From assembly GCA_041641775.1 (NCBI GenBank), contig JBEPXR010000006.1, positions 1 to 33,943 on the forward strand: a stretch of 33,943 nt of DNA. Direction: 5' to 3'. The translations under genes and the position numbers were made by a program. Source of the DNA: Desulfobia sp. Its GTDB lineage: Bacteria; Desulfobacterota; Desulfobulbia; Desulfobulbales; SURF-16. This document shows, in pieces, positions 8,348-18,708 of this stretch (position 1 is the first letter of the stretch; each line of letters begins with the position of its first letter). Under the pieces are notes generated by a model, which made no database searches, had not been told where the DNA came from, and saw only the letters and a list, made by a program, of their open reading frames with translations.

Positions 8348-9241
8348 ATGACAGTGCAGAAGGGGTTAGATAAAGCCAAGGTCCTTATTGAATCTTTACC
8401 ATATATAAAGGAGTTCTCTGACCAGACCATAGTGATAAAGTACGGTGGGCATGCCATGGTCGATGAAGAACTGAAAAAGAATTTCGCCCTGGACGTTATT
8501 CTCATGAAATATATAGGGATCAATCCGGTAATCGTGCATGGCGGAGGACCCCAGATCAATCAGTTCCTGAAAAAAATGAATATTCAGTCTGACTACATCC
8601 AGGGAATGAGAGTGACAGACGGTGAAACCATGGATGTCGTAGAAATGGTTCTGGTTGGCAAGGTAAACAAAGAAATCGTTGGTCTCATTAATTATCACGG
8701 AGGCAGAGCCATCGGCCTGTCAGGCAGGGACGGGGATCTGATTCAGGCTGAAAAGATGAAGATATTGGCAAGTCAGGCTGAAAATGCCCCGCCTGAACTC
8801 ATTGATCTCGGCAGGGTCGGGACGGTTACCAATGTCAATCCGGAAATTTTAATCACCTTAGACCAGCGGGATTTTATTCCTGTTATTGCTCCGGTAGGGG
8901 TGGGAGAAGACGGCCAGTCCTATAATATCAACGCTGATCTGGTGGCCGGCGCGGTAGCTTCCGAGCTCAAGGCTGAAAAACTGATTCTGCTTACTGACGT
9001 CGAGGGGGTGTTGAACGGTGACGGGAGGTTGATCAGCTCCCTTACCTGCGATGGGGCCGAACGCCTCATCGAATCCGGTGAGGCGGCAGGAGGCATGATT
9101 CCCAAAATAAAGTGTTGCCAGAATGCGGTCAATGCCGAGGTTGGCAAGGCTCACATTATAGACGGCAGAACCTCTCATGCTCTCCTCCTGGAAATTTTTA
9201 CCAGAGAGGGCGTGGGAACGGAGATCACCCGGAATCCTTAA
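8348..9241 (+). CDS. argB: acetylglutamate kinase
   Basis: 297 aa with IVIKYGGHAM and VIVHGGGPQI amino-acid-kinase motifs and a full-length ArgB-like sequence. Confidence 0.95.
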   Translation: MTVQKGLDKAKVLIESLPYIKEFSDQTIVIKYGGHAMVDEELKKNFALDVILMKYIGINPVIVHGGGPQINQFLKKMNIQSDYIQGMRVTDGETMDVVEMVLVGKVNKEIVGLINYHGGRAIGLSGRDGDLIQAEKMKILASQAENAPPELIDLGRVGTVTNVNPEILITLDQRDFIPVIAPVGVGEDGQSYNINADLVAGAVASELKAEKLILLTDVEGVLNGDGRLISSLTCDGAERLIESGEAAGGMIPKIKCCQNAVNAEVGKAHIIDGRTSHALLLEIFTREGVGTEITRNP

Positions 9242-9315
9242 TCCAGTAAAGCTCACTAATACCAGACCAGCCGGACCGGCTGCACCTCTCCAGAAACCAT
9301 AGAATTCCAACTGAT

Positions 9316-10524
9316 ATGGAAAATACCATCATACTGAAAAGCGACTCCTTATTCATGAAAACGTATGCACGATTTCCGGCAGTTATGGTAGAAGGTTCCG
9401 GTTGCTGGCTCAAAGACAGTGAAGGGAAAAGCTATCTCGACTTTCTCTCCGGCATAGCTGTCTGCAGCCTGGGCCACAGTCATCCAGAAGTTACCGAAGC
9501 CGTCTGCAGCCAAGCGGCCAAGCTGAACCATGTTTCGAACCTCTATTACACCATACCCCAAACCGAGGTCGCTGAACTTCTGGTGGCCAACTCTTTTGCC
9601 GATCGGATATTCATGGCCAACTCCGGGGCGGAGGCCAATGAAGCAGCCATCAAATTAGCCAGAAAATACGGCGGAGAAGACCGCTACAGGATAATCTGCC
9701 TGCAGGGTTCCTTCCACGGTCGAACCATGGCCACGGTATCGGCTACCGGTCAAAGTAAATTCCATAAAGGCTTTGAACCTCTCCTCGAAGGATTCTGCCA
9801 TGTCCGGCCTGAGTACATCGACCAGCTGGAAAACATGATCGACCCCACAACCTGCGCCATACTCTGTGAACCGCTGCAGGGTGAGGGAGGGGTTCGCCCT
9901 CTCTCCCCAGAATATCTGAAGGCTGTCCGCCAACTCTGTGATCGTCACGATCTTGCTCTCATCTTTGATGAAGTTCAGGTCGGAATGGGCAGAACAGGCA
10001 CCCTCTTCGCCTATGAACAATTTGGCATAGAACCGGACATCATGACCTTGGCCAAGGCCTTGGGAAACGGCATTCCCATCGGAGCCATGCTGGCCAGGGA
10101 AAGCATAGCTGAATCCTTCCAGCCTGGTGATCATGCAGCCACCTTCGGAGGAAACCCGGTTGCCTGTGCTGCAGCCAGAGCTACTCTCAAAGTTATGCTG
10201 CAGGAGGGCTTTCTGGATGAGGTCAGAGAAAAGGGCAAGTATCTCAGGGAGTGCCTCAACTCAACAGTTCAGGAGTTCCCCGACCTGCTCCGTGAAGTCA
10301 GAGGCCTGGGACTCATTCAGGGACTGGCCCTTACCCGGCAGAACATGTCTCTGGGAACCGAGATTGTCCATAAGATGTTTGAAAAGGGAGTATTGATCAA
10401 CTTTGCCGGGGGTGAGGCCCTTCGCTTTCTCCCACCCCTTGTTGTTTCAAGGGTGGAGATAGACCAGATGGTTCATACCTTGCGGTCCGTTCTCACCGAG
10501 GTGGATGGGGACATTGAAGCCTAA
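9316..10524 (+). CDS. argD: acetylornithine aminotransferase
   Basis: 402 aa, class-III PLP aminotransferase. Motifs: SGAEANEAAIKLARK, FDEVQVGMGRTG, PLP-Lys context TLAKALGNGIPIGA. Confidence 0.92.
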   Translation: MENTIILKSDSLFMKTYARFPAVMVEGSGCWLKDSEGKSYLDFLSGIAVCSLGHSHPEVTEAVCSQAAKLNHVSNLYYTIPQTEVAELLVANSFADRIFMANSGAEANEAAIKLARKYGGEDRYRIICLQGSFHGRTMATVSATGQSKFHKGFEPLLEGFCHVRPEYIDQLENMIDPTTCAILCEPLQGEGGVRPLSPEYLKAVRQLCDRHDLALIFDEVQVGMGRTGTLFAYEQFGIEPDIMTLAKALGNGIPIGAMLARESIAESFQPGDHAATFGGNPVACAAARATLKVMLQEGFLDEVREKGKYLRECLNSTVQEFPDLLREVRGLGLIQGLALTRQNMSLGTEIVHKMFEKGVLINFAGGEALRFLPPLVVSRVEIDQMVHTLRSVLTEVDGDIEA

Positions 10525-10552
10525 AATCCGAACCGGCAGACAGGAAAACTCT

Positions 10553-10581
10553 TTGCAAAAAGACCTATTTCTTAGTATTTA
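10553..10581 (+). promoter_or_regulatory. candidate sigma-70 promoter inside the argD-argF spacer
   Basis: TTGCAA (10553-10558), a 17-nt spacer, then TATTTA (10576-10581), about 50 nt upstream of the argF ATG. Identified by pattern only. Confidence 0.3.
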
Positions 10582-10629
10582 TTCCTGTTTGATTTATATA
10601 ACAGCATATTTACCAATACGGGGTTTACA

Positions 10630-11544
10630 ATGGTTACCCACCTTATCAATCTCTGGGATTTCAGTAAAGACAGACTTACCTCTTATCTCAACCGGGCTCT
10701 TGAGTTCAAGCATGAAGCCAGAGAAGGAGTGCAACACAAACAGCTTTCAGGCAAAACACTGAGCCTGATTTTTGAAAAACCGAGTACGCGGACGAGGGTA
10801 TCTTTTGAGGCTGCCATGTACAGCCTGGGCGGACAGGTCATCTATCTCTCCGGCAGAGAGACGCAGCTTGCGAGAGATGAACCTCTCAAGGACATGGCCA
10901 GGGTTATGGCCCGTTATGTCGATGCATTGGTAATACGGACATTCAGGCAGGAAACTGTCGAGGAACTGGCCCGGTACTCCAGTATTCCCGTGATCAACGG
11001 TCTGACCGACAAATTTCATCCCTGCCAGATACTCAGTGATATGATGACCATTGTCGAATACAAGGGTGAGCTCGAAAAGCTCAAAATCGCCTGGGTCGGC
11101 GACGGCAACAATATGGCGAATTCCTGGATTCAGGCAGCGGGTCGAATGGGATTTGAGTTAACACTGGCCTGCCCCCGGGGCTATGGTCCCGATCCGGCAG
11201 TTCTGGCCGAGGCCCAGAAAGAAGCGGAAAAACCGATTACGGTAGTCCGGGACCCGAGAACGGCCATCATGGATGCCGATGTGGTGAATTGCGATGTCTG
11301 GGCCAGTATGGGACAGGAAAGCGAAAAAGAGGAAAGATATAAGATTTTCCATCCTTACCAGGTAAATCAGCAGCTGCTCAACAGTGCCAAGCCGGGAATT
11401 ACGGTTCTTCACTGTCTGCCGGCTCACCGCGAAGAAGAAATAACCGAGGAAGTACTGGAAAGCCCATCCTGCCCCGCCTTTGATCAAGCGGAAAATAAAA
11501 TGCATATGCACAAGGCGATACTGGAACAGCATCTGTTTACTTGA
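10630..11544 (+). CDS. argF: ornithine carbamoyltransferase
   Basis: 304 aa. Carbamoyl-phosphate motif KPSTRTRVSFE, plus HPCQ and HCLPAHR motifs. Confidence 0.93.
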   Translation: MVTHLINLWDFSKDRLTSYLNRALEFKHEAREGVQHKQLSGKTLSLIFEKPSTRTRVSFEAAMYSLGGQVIYLSGRETQLARDEPLKDMARVMARYVDALVIRTFRQETVEELARYSSIPVINGLTDKFHPCQILSDMMTIVEYKGELEKLKIAWVGDGNNMANSWIQAAGRMGFELTLACPRGYGPDPAVLAEAQKEAEKPITVVRDPRTAIMDADVVNCDVWASMGQESEKEERYKIFHPYQVNQQLLNSAKPGITVLHCLPAHREEEITEEVLESPSCPAFDQAENKMHMHKAILEQHLFT

Positions 11545-11746
11545 GCCGGCTATTCTGATGTTCCAGGTTCTGCCTTTCTGGGAGAGCGGGAAAACGGGAA
11601 GGTATTTAGAGGACAACGGACCAGTTTACAAGCTGCTCGGTTTCCCGGCTCTTTTGTACCGTCCTCTTTGTTGTATTTTCCGACCCCTAACGATTTAATA
11701 ATCTACTTACTTTTAATGATATTCAAATACCGTAAGAGATGAGGTT

Positions 11747-12964
11747 ATGCCTATGACAAACGGTGTGAAGAAAATAGTACTGGCCTACTCGGGTGGTCTC
11801 GATACATCGGTAATTCTGCGCTGGTTAAAGGATACCTACCGGTGTGAGATAATTGCCTATGCTGCTGATATTGGTCAGCAGGAGGACTGGGAGGCTATAA
11901 GAGAAAAAGGTTTTGCCACCGGGGCAGACAAGGTGGTGATTTCGGACCTGAAGGAAGAATTTGCCAGAGACTTTATCTTCCCGGCCTTCAGAGCAGGCGC
12001 CATATATGAAAACAAGTATCTCCTGGGGACTTCCCTGGCCAGACCCTTAATTGCCCGGGAACAGGTTCGAATCGCCGAAGAAGAGGGAGCGGACAGCCTC
12101 AGTCATGGTGCCACGGGAAAAGGCAATGATCAGGTGCGTTTTGAAATGGCCTACCTGGCCTTGAATCCCCAGTTAAACATCATTGCTCCCTGGCGAATCT
12201 GGGACTTGAACTCCCGGACCAAGCTGCTGGCCTTTGCCGAAAAACACGGCATACCTGTTCCGGTCAATAAAGAAAAGCCGTACAGTTCTGATGAAAACCT
12301 GCTGCACATAAGCTTTGAAGGAGGCATTCTGGAAGATCCCTGGAACGAACCTGATCCAGACATGTTCCAGATGACCACTTCACCGGAGAACGCTCCGGAC
12401 GAACCAACTTACATAAATCTGGAATTCCAGGAAGGAAATCCGGTGGCAATTGACGGGGTGCCGTTAAGCCCCCTGTCACTGATGCAGAGACTCAACACCC
12501 TCGGCGGAGTGAACGGGGTCGGTCGGCTGGACATGGTGGAGAACAGATTTGTCGGCATGAAATCCAGGGGGGTGTATGAAACTCCCGGCGGCACCATCCT
12601 TTATGCCGCCCATCGCGATCTGGAGACCATAACCATGGACCGTGAAGTAATGAAGATCCGGGACAGCCTTATTCAGCGATACTCAGAGCAGATCTACAAT
12701 GGCTTCTGGTTCTCACCGGAACAGGAGCTTCTGCAGAAAACAATGGATGAGGCCCAGAAAACGGTCAGCGGCGTGGTTCGTCTGAAACTCTACAAAGGCA
12801 ACTGCACTCCTGTGGGCCGTCGATCGCAACGGTCTCTGTACCAGGAAAGTTTTGCTACCTTTGAAGAAGACGAGGTATATACCCAGGCTGACGCAGCTGG
12901 TTTTATCAGGCTGAACGCCCTTAGGATGACTATGAGAGCCCTGCAGAAAAAGGAAGAAAAGTAA
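11747..12964 (+). CDS. argG: argininosuccinate synthase
   Basis: 405 aa with ATP-binding motif [10 protein letters not shown] and a full-length ArgG-like sequence. The second ATG at 11753 has better SD spacing (GAGG at 11741-11744) and may be the true start. Confidence 0.95.
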   Translation: MPMTNGVKKIVLAYSGGLDTSVILRWLKDTYRCEIIAYAADIGQQEDWEAIREKGFATGADKVVISDLKEEFARDFIFPAFRAGAIYENKYLLGTSLARPLIAREQVRIAEEEGADSLSHGATGKGNDQVRFEMAYLALNPQLNIIAPWRIWDLNSRTKLLAFAEKHGIPVPVNKEKPYSSDENLLHISFEGGILEDPWNEPDPDMFQMTTSPENAPDEPTYINLEFQEGNPVAIDGVPLSPLSLMQRLNTLGGVNGVGRLDMVENRFVGMKSRGVYETPGGTILYAAHRDLETITMDREVMKIRDSLIQRYSEQIYNGFWFSPEQELLQKTMDEAQKTVSGVVRLKLYKGNCTPVGRRSQRSLYQESFATFEEDEVYTQADAAGFIRLNALRMTMRALQKKEEK

Positions 12965-13027
12965 CAGCTTATCCTGGACCAGCTTACAGCCTTAACACTG
13001 ATAGCCAATTTACACTACTGAAATACG

Positions 13028-14419
13028 ATGACAGAACCCGAAAAACTCTGGGGTGGAAGGTTCAGCGAGTCCACCGCCGCCTCAGTAGAGCAATTTACTG
13101 AATCCATAGCTTATGACTGGCGGCTGTTTAGACACGATATAGCCGGCAGCAGGGCCCACGCCAAAATGCTCTGTCGGCGGGAACTCATTTCCCGGGAAGA
13201 AATGGAGCAGATCATCCAGGGTCTTGACCAAATCGAAAATGATATCGAAGAGGGTAACTTCGAGTTCAAGACTGAACTCGAAGATATCCATATGAACATA
13301 GAAAAAGCTCTAATCGACCGGATAGGTCCTGCCGGAGCCAGACTGCATACCGCCCGCAGCAGAAACGATCAAATATGTCTGGATATCAGGATGTACCTCC
13401 GTGACCAGAGTCTCGATATCAGAATGCTTTTGAACAAGGTTAACGGCGCTCTGGTTCGCCAGGCCCGCCGATACCTGGGTACTGTAATGCCGGGATATAC
13501 CCATCTTCAGAGAGCACAGCCTGTCCTTCTGTCTCATCATCTTCTGGCCTATTATGAGATGTTCAAAAGAGATCAGGCCAGACTCGACGACGGCCTTCGA
13601 AGAATCAATGTGCTGCCTCTCGGTTCTGCTGCCCTGGCGGGAACTGGTCTACCGATAGACCGGGAATTTGTGGCCTCTGAACTTGGTTTTCCGGAACTCA
13701 GCAGAAACAGTATGGATGCAGTGGCGGATCGCGATTTTGCCGTGGAATTTCTTGCCAACTGCACCAATATACAACTTCACCTCAGTCGCCTGGCCGAAGA
13801 GCTGGTTATCTGGTCCAGCGATGAGTTTGGCTTCGTCGAGATCGCTGACAGCTTCTGTACCGGCAGCAGCATAATGCCCCAGAAGAAAAACCCGGATATC
13901 CCGGAACTGATACGGGGAAAGACCGGCCGGGTTACCGGCAGTCTGATGTCGATCATAACTACCATGAAAGGGCTGCCCCTTACCTACAACCGGGATCTGC
14001 AGGAAGACAAGGAACCCCTGTTCGACACTGTCGACACCATCAGCAGGGAATTGGCCATAACTGCAGAGATGCTTTCCAACCTTGCCTTTAACGGAAAAAG
14101 GCTCCGGGAAGCCGCCAGAGGAGGATTTATGACCGCCACTGATCTCGCCGATTATCTGGTGCAGAAGAATATGCCTTTCCGGGAAGCACACGCCGTAGTG
14201 GGACGAGTGGTGGCATACTGTCTCGAGCGGGATAAGGAGCTTAAGGATCTCTCCCTTGACGAGTTACGAAGACATGCCGGGGTTATTGAAGAGGACGTCT
14301 TTGGTGTCCTCTCCCTGGAGGGTTCGATCAACAGCAGGGTATCCCCAGGCGGTACGGCGGAAGCAGAAGTTGCCGGGGCTCTGGATCTGGCGGAAAGGGA
14401 ACTCGGGATTACGACATGA
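13028..14419 (+). CDS. argH: argininosuccinate lyase
   Basis: 463 aa. Fumarate-lyase signature GSSIMPQKKNPD and N-terminal LWGGRF. Confidence 0.96.
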   Translation: MTEPEKLWGGRFSESTAASVEQFTESIAYDWRLFRHDIAGSRAHAKMLCRRELISREEMEQIIQGLDQIENDIEEGNFEFKTELEDIHMNIEKALIDRIGPAGARLHTARSRNDQICLDIRMYLRDQSLDIRMLLNKVNGALVRQARRYLGTVMPGYTHLQRAQPVLLSHHLLAYYEMFKRDQARLDDGLRRINVLPLGSAALAGTGLPIDREFVASELGFPELSRNSMDAVADRDFAVEFLANCTNIQLHLSRLAEELVIWSSDEFGFVEIADSFCTGSSIMPQKKNPDIPELIRGKTGRVTGSLMSIITTMKGLPLTYNRDLQEDKEPLFDTVDTISRELAITAEMLSNLAFNGKRLREAARGGFMTATDLADYLVQKNMPFREAHAVVGRVVAYCLERDKELKDLSLDELRRHAGVIEEDVFGVLSLEGSINSRVSPGGTAEAEVAGALDLAERELGITT

Positions 14420-15471
14420 CAGGAATAAGGTGTCTCGCCTGTTGCGCTCTCCTTACCTTGGCACTGGCCCTTATCGGATGCGGGAGAAAGACGGATCCGG
14501 TTCCGCCCCAGGCGGCAATCCCTGCTCCCATCGATGACCTTTCCTATCAATTCCTGGAGGCAGGCGTCGTACTGGAATGGACCTATCCGAGAAAATCCAA
14601 AGACGGGCGGGAGATTGGAAAGGTCCGTCAGTTCATCCTCTACAAAAGTGATCTTGCTGATGAAGAGTATTGCCACGAATGTCCGGCCACCGTTACTTCA
14701 GTAAGAAAGATCGACCCCAGATCGATTCGTTTAGGCCAGAAGGTCAGAATCAAAGATACCCACCTGGTACCCGGGCATCATTACGCTTATTCAGTTGTTG
14801 CCCATTGTGGCTGGAATATTACCAGTCAGAAATCAAACCGAATTTCCTTCTGGTGGGATACCCCTCCGGCCGCTCCTTCCTCGGTTAGAGCTGAGCAAGT
14901 GGAAGAGAAGGTAAAAATAAGCTGGGCTCCGGTAGAGCGGAATATAAAAGGAGATTCCCTTGGCGGCAAGCTCAGCTATCAGATCTTCGGGAAGGACACC
15001 GGAGCCTTCAAGTTACTGGGCAATACCCCCGGCAGCACTTCCTATTACGACCAGTTACCTGATGGAGATAGCTACAAGTATCAGATCAGGGCCGTCAATC
15101 TCTTTAAAGGGACATCCATTCCCGGTCCTTACAGTCAAGTCGTATTTTTTACTCCTGTGGATCGGACTCCGCCCCCCGTTCCTGAAATCGTTTCCATAAT
15201 ACATACAAGACAGGGCCCCCGGATCCTTTGGGAAAGGATCTCCGCCCCTGATCTGGGAGGCTACAGAGTTTACCGGCGCCAAAATCAGAACGATAAATGG
15301 AACTTGATCGTGGAAACCGGACCGAAAGCCTTTTCCTTTGTGGATGAATCCCTCACCGACCGGGACCGGGAACAGGCCTGGCACTATACCATAACTTCGG
15401 TCGACCAGGCTTCTCCGACCAATGAGAGTGATTATGGCCAGGGAGTACGTTACGAAGGTGGGAAATTATAA
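14416..15471 (+). CDS. lipoprotein with three FN3/Ig-like modules (LptM-like N-terminus)
   Basis: 351 aa. The ATG overlaps the argH stop (ATGA). Signal peptide with lipobox LIGC (Cys22). There are three modules of about 100 aa, each opened by a Pro-rich linker and carrying a conserved Trp and a YxYxIxAV-type strand. Confidence 0.78.
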   Translation: MTGIRCLACCALLTLALALIGCGRKTDPVPPQAAIPAPIDDLSYQFLEAGVVLEWTYPRKSKDGREIGKVRQFILYKSDLADEEYCHECPATVTSVRKIDPRSIRLGQKVRIKDTHLVPGHHYAYSVVAHCGWNITSQKSNRISFWWDTPPAAPSSVRAEQVEEKVKISWAPVERNIKGDSLGGKLSYQIFGKDTGAFKLLGNTPGSTSYYDQLPDGDSYKYQIRAVNLFKGTSIPGPYSQVVFFTPVDRTPPPVPEIVSIIHTRQGPRILWERISAPDLGGYRVYRRQNQNDKWNLIVETGPKAFSFVDESLTDRDREQAWHYTITSVDQASPTNESDYGQGVRYEGGKL

Positions 15472-15522
15472 CCTCAGATTGGCAATTATATAGTAAGAGT
15501 CAAGATAACGGAGTAGGAAAGG

Positions 15523-16785
15523 ATGCATCATTTCGAGTATAAGAATAAGGAGCTGTTCTGTGAGGAAATAGCGGTCAAAGATATTGCGGCCGCCGTTTCA
15601 ACGCCGTTCTATCTTTACAGTTCCGCCACCTTAAGCCGTCATTTTCGGGCCTTTGACGAGGCTTTTTCCGTGGATCACCTAACCTGTTTTTCAGCAAAAT
15701 CCTGTTCAAACCTGGCTATTCTCAACATGTTCGCCAAAATGGGTGGAGGTATAGATATCGTTTCCGGAGGAGAACTTTACAGATGCCTCCAGGCCGGGGT
15801 AGATCCCCAGAAGATCGTTTATTCCGGAGTTGGCAAGACCGAAGATGAAATGCGCTTCGGTCTGGAGTCAGACATCCTCATGTTCAATGTCGAATCCAGA
15901 CAGGAGTTGGAAGTCCTGCAGAATGTGGCGTCCCGCATTGACGTTCAGGCTCCTGTTTCACTGCGGATTAATCCGGACGTCGACCCCAAAACCCATCCCT
16001 ATATATCAACGGGTCTGGCCCAGAATAAGTTCGGCATTCCGGTGGATGAAGCCCTGGAGGTTTACAAAAAAGCGGCAAGAATGGCCAACATCACCATCAG
16101 GGGGGTAAGCTGCCATATCGGTTCCCAGCTTACAGAAGTATCCCCTTTCGTCGAGTCACTGCGGAAGGTCAAAGCCTTTATGAGAAAACTTGAAAAGGAG
16201 GGTATAACCTTCTCTTATCTGGATATAGGAGGAGGACTCGGCATCCGTTATGACACAGAAGATCCCCCCCTGCCTGCCGTATACGCAGAGGCTATATCCG
16301 AAGAGATGGCCGGACTCGGCTGCACCTTGATTCTGGAACCGGGCCGGGTCATTGTCGGTAACGCCGGGATACTGGTAACGAAGGTCCTGTATACCAAGGG
16401 CAACGAAAAAAATTTCATTATTGTCGATGCCGGAATGAATGATCTGGCCCGTCCCAGCCTGTATAATGCCTATCATGCCATTCAGGCGGTGAAGGATGAA
16501 AACCGGGAATGCAGAAAAGCCGATGTCGTTGGCCCCATCTGCGAAACCGGGGACTTCCTGGCCAAGGATCAGGAAATACCGGCTTTTGAAAAAGGTGATC
16601 TACTGGCTTTCATGAGTTGCGGAGCCTATGGTTTCACCATGTCCTCCAATTATAATTCCCGACCACGTATTCCGGAAATTCTGGTTTCAGGGAAGCAGTT
16701 TCACGTTATTCGGCAGAGAGAATCCTACAAAAGTCTGATCGCAGGAGAAACCATACCGGAGATAGACCTCTACGGTACTTTATGA
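15523..16785 (+). CDS. lysA: diaminopimelate decarboxylase
   Basis: 420 aa, Orn/DAP/Arg decarboxylase family 2. PLP-Lys context FSAKSCSN, plus GGGLGI, EPGR and CETGD motifs. Confidence 0.95.
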   Translation: MHHFEYKNKELFCEEIAVKDIAAAVSTPFYLYSSATLSRHFRAFDEAFSVDHLTCFSAKSCSNLAILNMFAKMGGGIDIVSGGELYRCLQAGVDPQKIVYSGVGKTEDEMRFGLESDILMFNVESRQELEVLQNVASRIDVQAPVSLRINPDVDPKTHPYISTGLAQNKFGIPVDEALEVYKKAARMANITIRGVSCHIGSQLTEVSPFVESLRKVKAFMRKLEKEGITFSYLDIGGGLGIRYDTEDPPLPAVYAEAISEEMAGLGCTLILEPGRVIVGNAGILVTKVLYTKGNEKNFIIVDAGMNDLARPSLYNAYHAIQAVKDENRECRKADVVGPICETGDFLAKDQEIPAFEKGDLLAFMSCGAYGFTMSSNYNSRPRIPEILVSGKQFHVIRQRESYKSLIAGETIPEIDLYGTL

Positions 16786-16905
16786 GCGTCCGGTTGTGCT
16801 GTCTGCCTGGTGACATAGCCCCTTTCCAAGGGCCAAAAGCGAGTCCCGGAACCAGCGTCCCAGTGACCGGGGGCGTAAAAATGAGACATAATCTCTTTTC
16901 ATCAT

Positions 16906-17742
16906 ATGCAGTTTCCAATACGATTTACTAAAATGACCGGAGCGGGAAATGATTTTATAATCATTGATAATCGCCGCCCCCTGATACCCTATCAGGACAT
17001 GCCTTCTTTTGTGAAAGGAGTCTGCCGCCGGAAATTTTCTGTTGGTGCCGATGGTCTTATCTTTATTGAAGGTTCCAGAGAAGCAGATTTCAGCTGGCAT
17101 TTCTTCAACGGAGACGGCAGCGAAGCGGAAATGTGCGGCAACGGTGCCCGCTGTGCTGCTCGTTTTGCCTTCAATAATGGTATTGCTCCCAGGAAGATGT
17201 CCTTCATGACCAAAGCGGGCAGAATAAAGGCCGAAGTTTCGGACAAGTCGGTCAAACTGGCCATGACAGCACCACTTGACATCAATCTTCACCGGGAGAT
17301 AAAGGTCAACAATGAGACCGTACCCGTGCATAGCTTGAACACTGGTGTCCCCCATGCCATTATCATCGTAGAGGACAACAACCTGACCCCGGTAAAGGAC
17401 TGGGGCAGAGTAATCCGTTTTCATGAGTTGTTTTCTCCGGCAGGGGCCAACGTGAACTTCGTAGAGATTATCGGCAAGAACAGCCTGCATCTCCGCACTT
17501 ACGAGAGGGGGGTGGAGGATGAGACCCTGGCCTGCGGCACCGGTGCAGTGGCATCTGCTCTGATAACCTCCCTGCTGGAGAAAACCGAGGGACCGGTAAT
17601 GGTAACTACTTCCGGAGGCGAAATTCTGACGATCCATTTTACCCTCGGAAAAGGTGCCATCACTGACATCACCGATGTCTACCTGCAGGGCCCTGCCCGG
17701 ATTGTTTATCAGGGCGAATTGCAGCCTGACAGTTTGAATTGA
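16906..17742 (+). CDS. dapF: diaminopimelate epimerase
   Basis: 278 aa. The N-terminus MQF..KMTGAGNDF parallels E. coli DapF. Both catalytic Cys motifs are present (MCGNGARC and ACGTGA). Confidence 0.94.
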   Translation: MQFPIRFTKMTGAGNDFIIIDNRRPLIPYQDMPSFVKGVCRRKFSVGADGLIFIEGSREADFSWHFFNGDGSEAEMCGNGARCAARFAFNNGIAPRKMSFMTKAGRIKAEVSDKSVKLAMTAPLDINLHREIKVNNETVPVHSLNTGVPHAIIIVEDNNLTPVKDWGRVIRFHELFSPAGANVNFVEIIGKNSLHLRTYERGVEDETLACGTGAVASALITSLLEKTEGPVMVTTSGGEILTIHFTLGKGAITDITDVYLQGPARIVYQGELQPDSLN

Positions 17743-17826
17743 GAGCTGAAATGATAATTACGAGTCAAAAGAAAGTCACCCGGCTTTCAGTTCGTAATTT
17801 TTAAAATTTATGAAGGAGGAAATCTT

Positions 17827-18708
17827 ATGAATACATTCCGCGGAGCCTTTGTCGCCATAGTTACTCCCTTCATCGACGGTGAATTAGATGAGCAGGGGTT
17901 AATTGACCTTATTGAATTCAATATTGAAAACGGCACCCACGGAATCGTCCCCTGTGGCACCACGGGTGAATCGGCCACCATGAGCCACGAAGAACACCAT
18001 AGGGTGGTGGAGTTGACGATCAAAACAGTCAAGGGCAGGGTTCCGATTCTTGCAGGAACCGGCTCCAACTCCACCAGTGAATCTATTGAACTCACCAGAC
18101 ATGCCAGGGAAGCTGGAGCGGACGGGGCCCTGATGATCACTCCCTATTACAACAAACCTTCCCAGGAAGGGCTTTATCGACATTTTAAGAAAGTTGCCGA
18201 AGTAGTGGATATCCCTATAGTACTCTACAATGTTCCGGGACGCACCTCAATCAATATGCTGCCCGATACAGTAGCCAGATGTGCTGCCATTCCCAATATC
18301 GTCGGCATTAAAGAAGCCTCTGCTGACCTGAAACAGGTCAGCGAAGTCATCATGGGCTGTCCTGATGACTTTGCCGTTATGTCCGGAGACGACTTCACCT
18401 CCATGCCCCAGGCAGCTATTGGAGGAGCCGGAGTGATCTCAGTGACCTCAAATGTTGACCCCAAATCCATGGCGGAAATGATGGATGCCGCCCTTGCCGG
18501 TGACCTGAAACGGGCCAGAGAACTGCACTACAGACTATTTCCGCTCATGCAGGCCATGTTTTTCGATACAAATCCCGTTCCGGCTAAAACCGCTCTGGAA
18601 CTAATGGGAAAAATCAAATCAGGTGCTCCCCGGCTCCCCATGTATCAGATGAATGATGCGGCTCTGGGCAAACTGAAGAAGGTAATGACTGATTACGGTC
18701 TGATTTAA
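17827..18708 (+). CDS. dapA: 4-hydroxy-tetrahydrodipicolinate synthase
   Basis: 293 aa. SD AAGGAGG upstream, GTTGES motif, catalytic Lys context VGIKEAS. Confidence 0.95.
   Translation: MNTFRGAFVAIVTPFIDGELDEQGLIDLIEFNIENGTHGIVPCGTTGESATMSHEEHHRVVELTIKTVKGRVPILAGTGSNSTSESIELTRHAREAGADGALMITPYYNKPSQEGLYRHFKKVAEVVDIPIVLYNVPGRTSINMLPDTVARCAAIPNIVGIKEASADLKQVSEVIMGCPDDFAVMSGDDFTSMPQAAIGGAGVISVTSNVDPKSMAEMMDAALAGDLKRARELHYRLFPLMQAMFFDTNPVPAKTALELMGKIKSGAPRLPMYQMNDAALGKLKKVMTDYGLI

Noticed and set aside
16780-17637. A 285-aa ORF antisense to dapF.
   Set aside because: The explanation is the same: dapF codons start at coordinates congruent to 1 mod 3 and the antisense codons occupy the same triplets. 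DapF is strongly supported by motifs, and the antisense product has no recognisable features.
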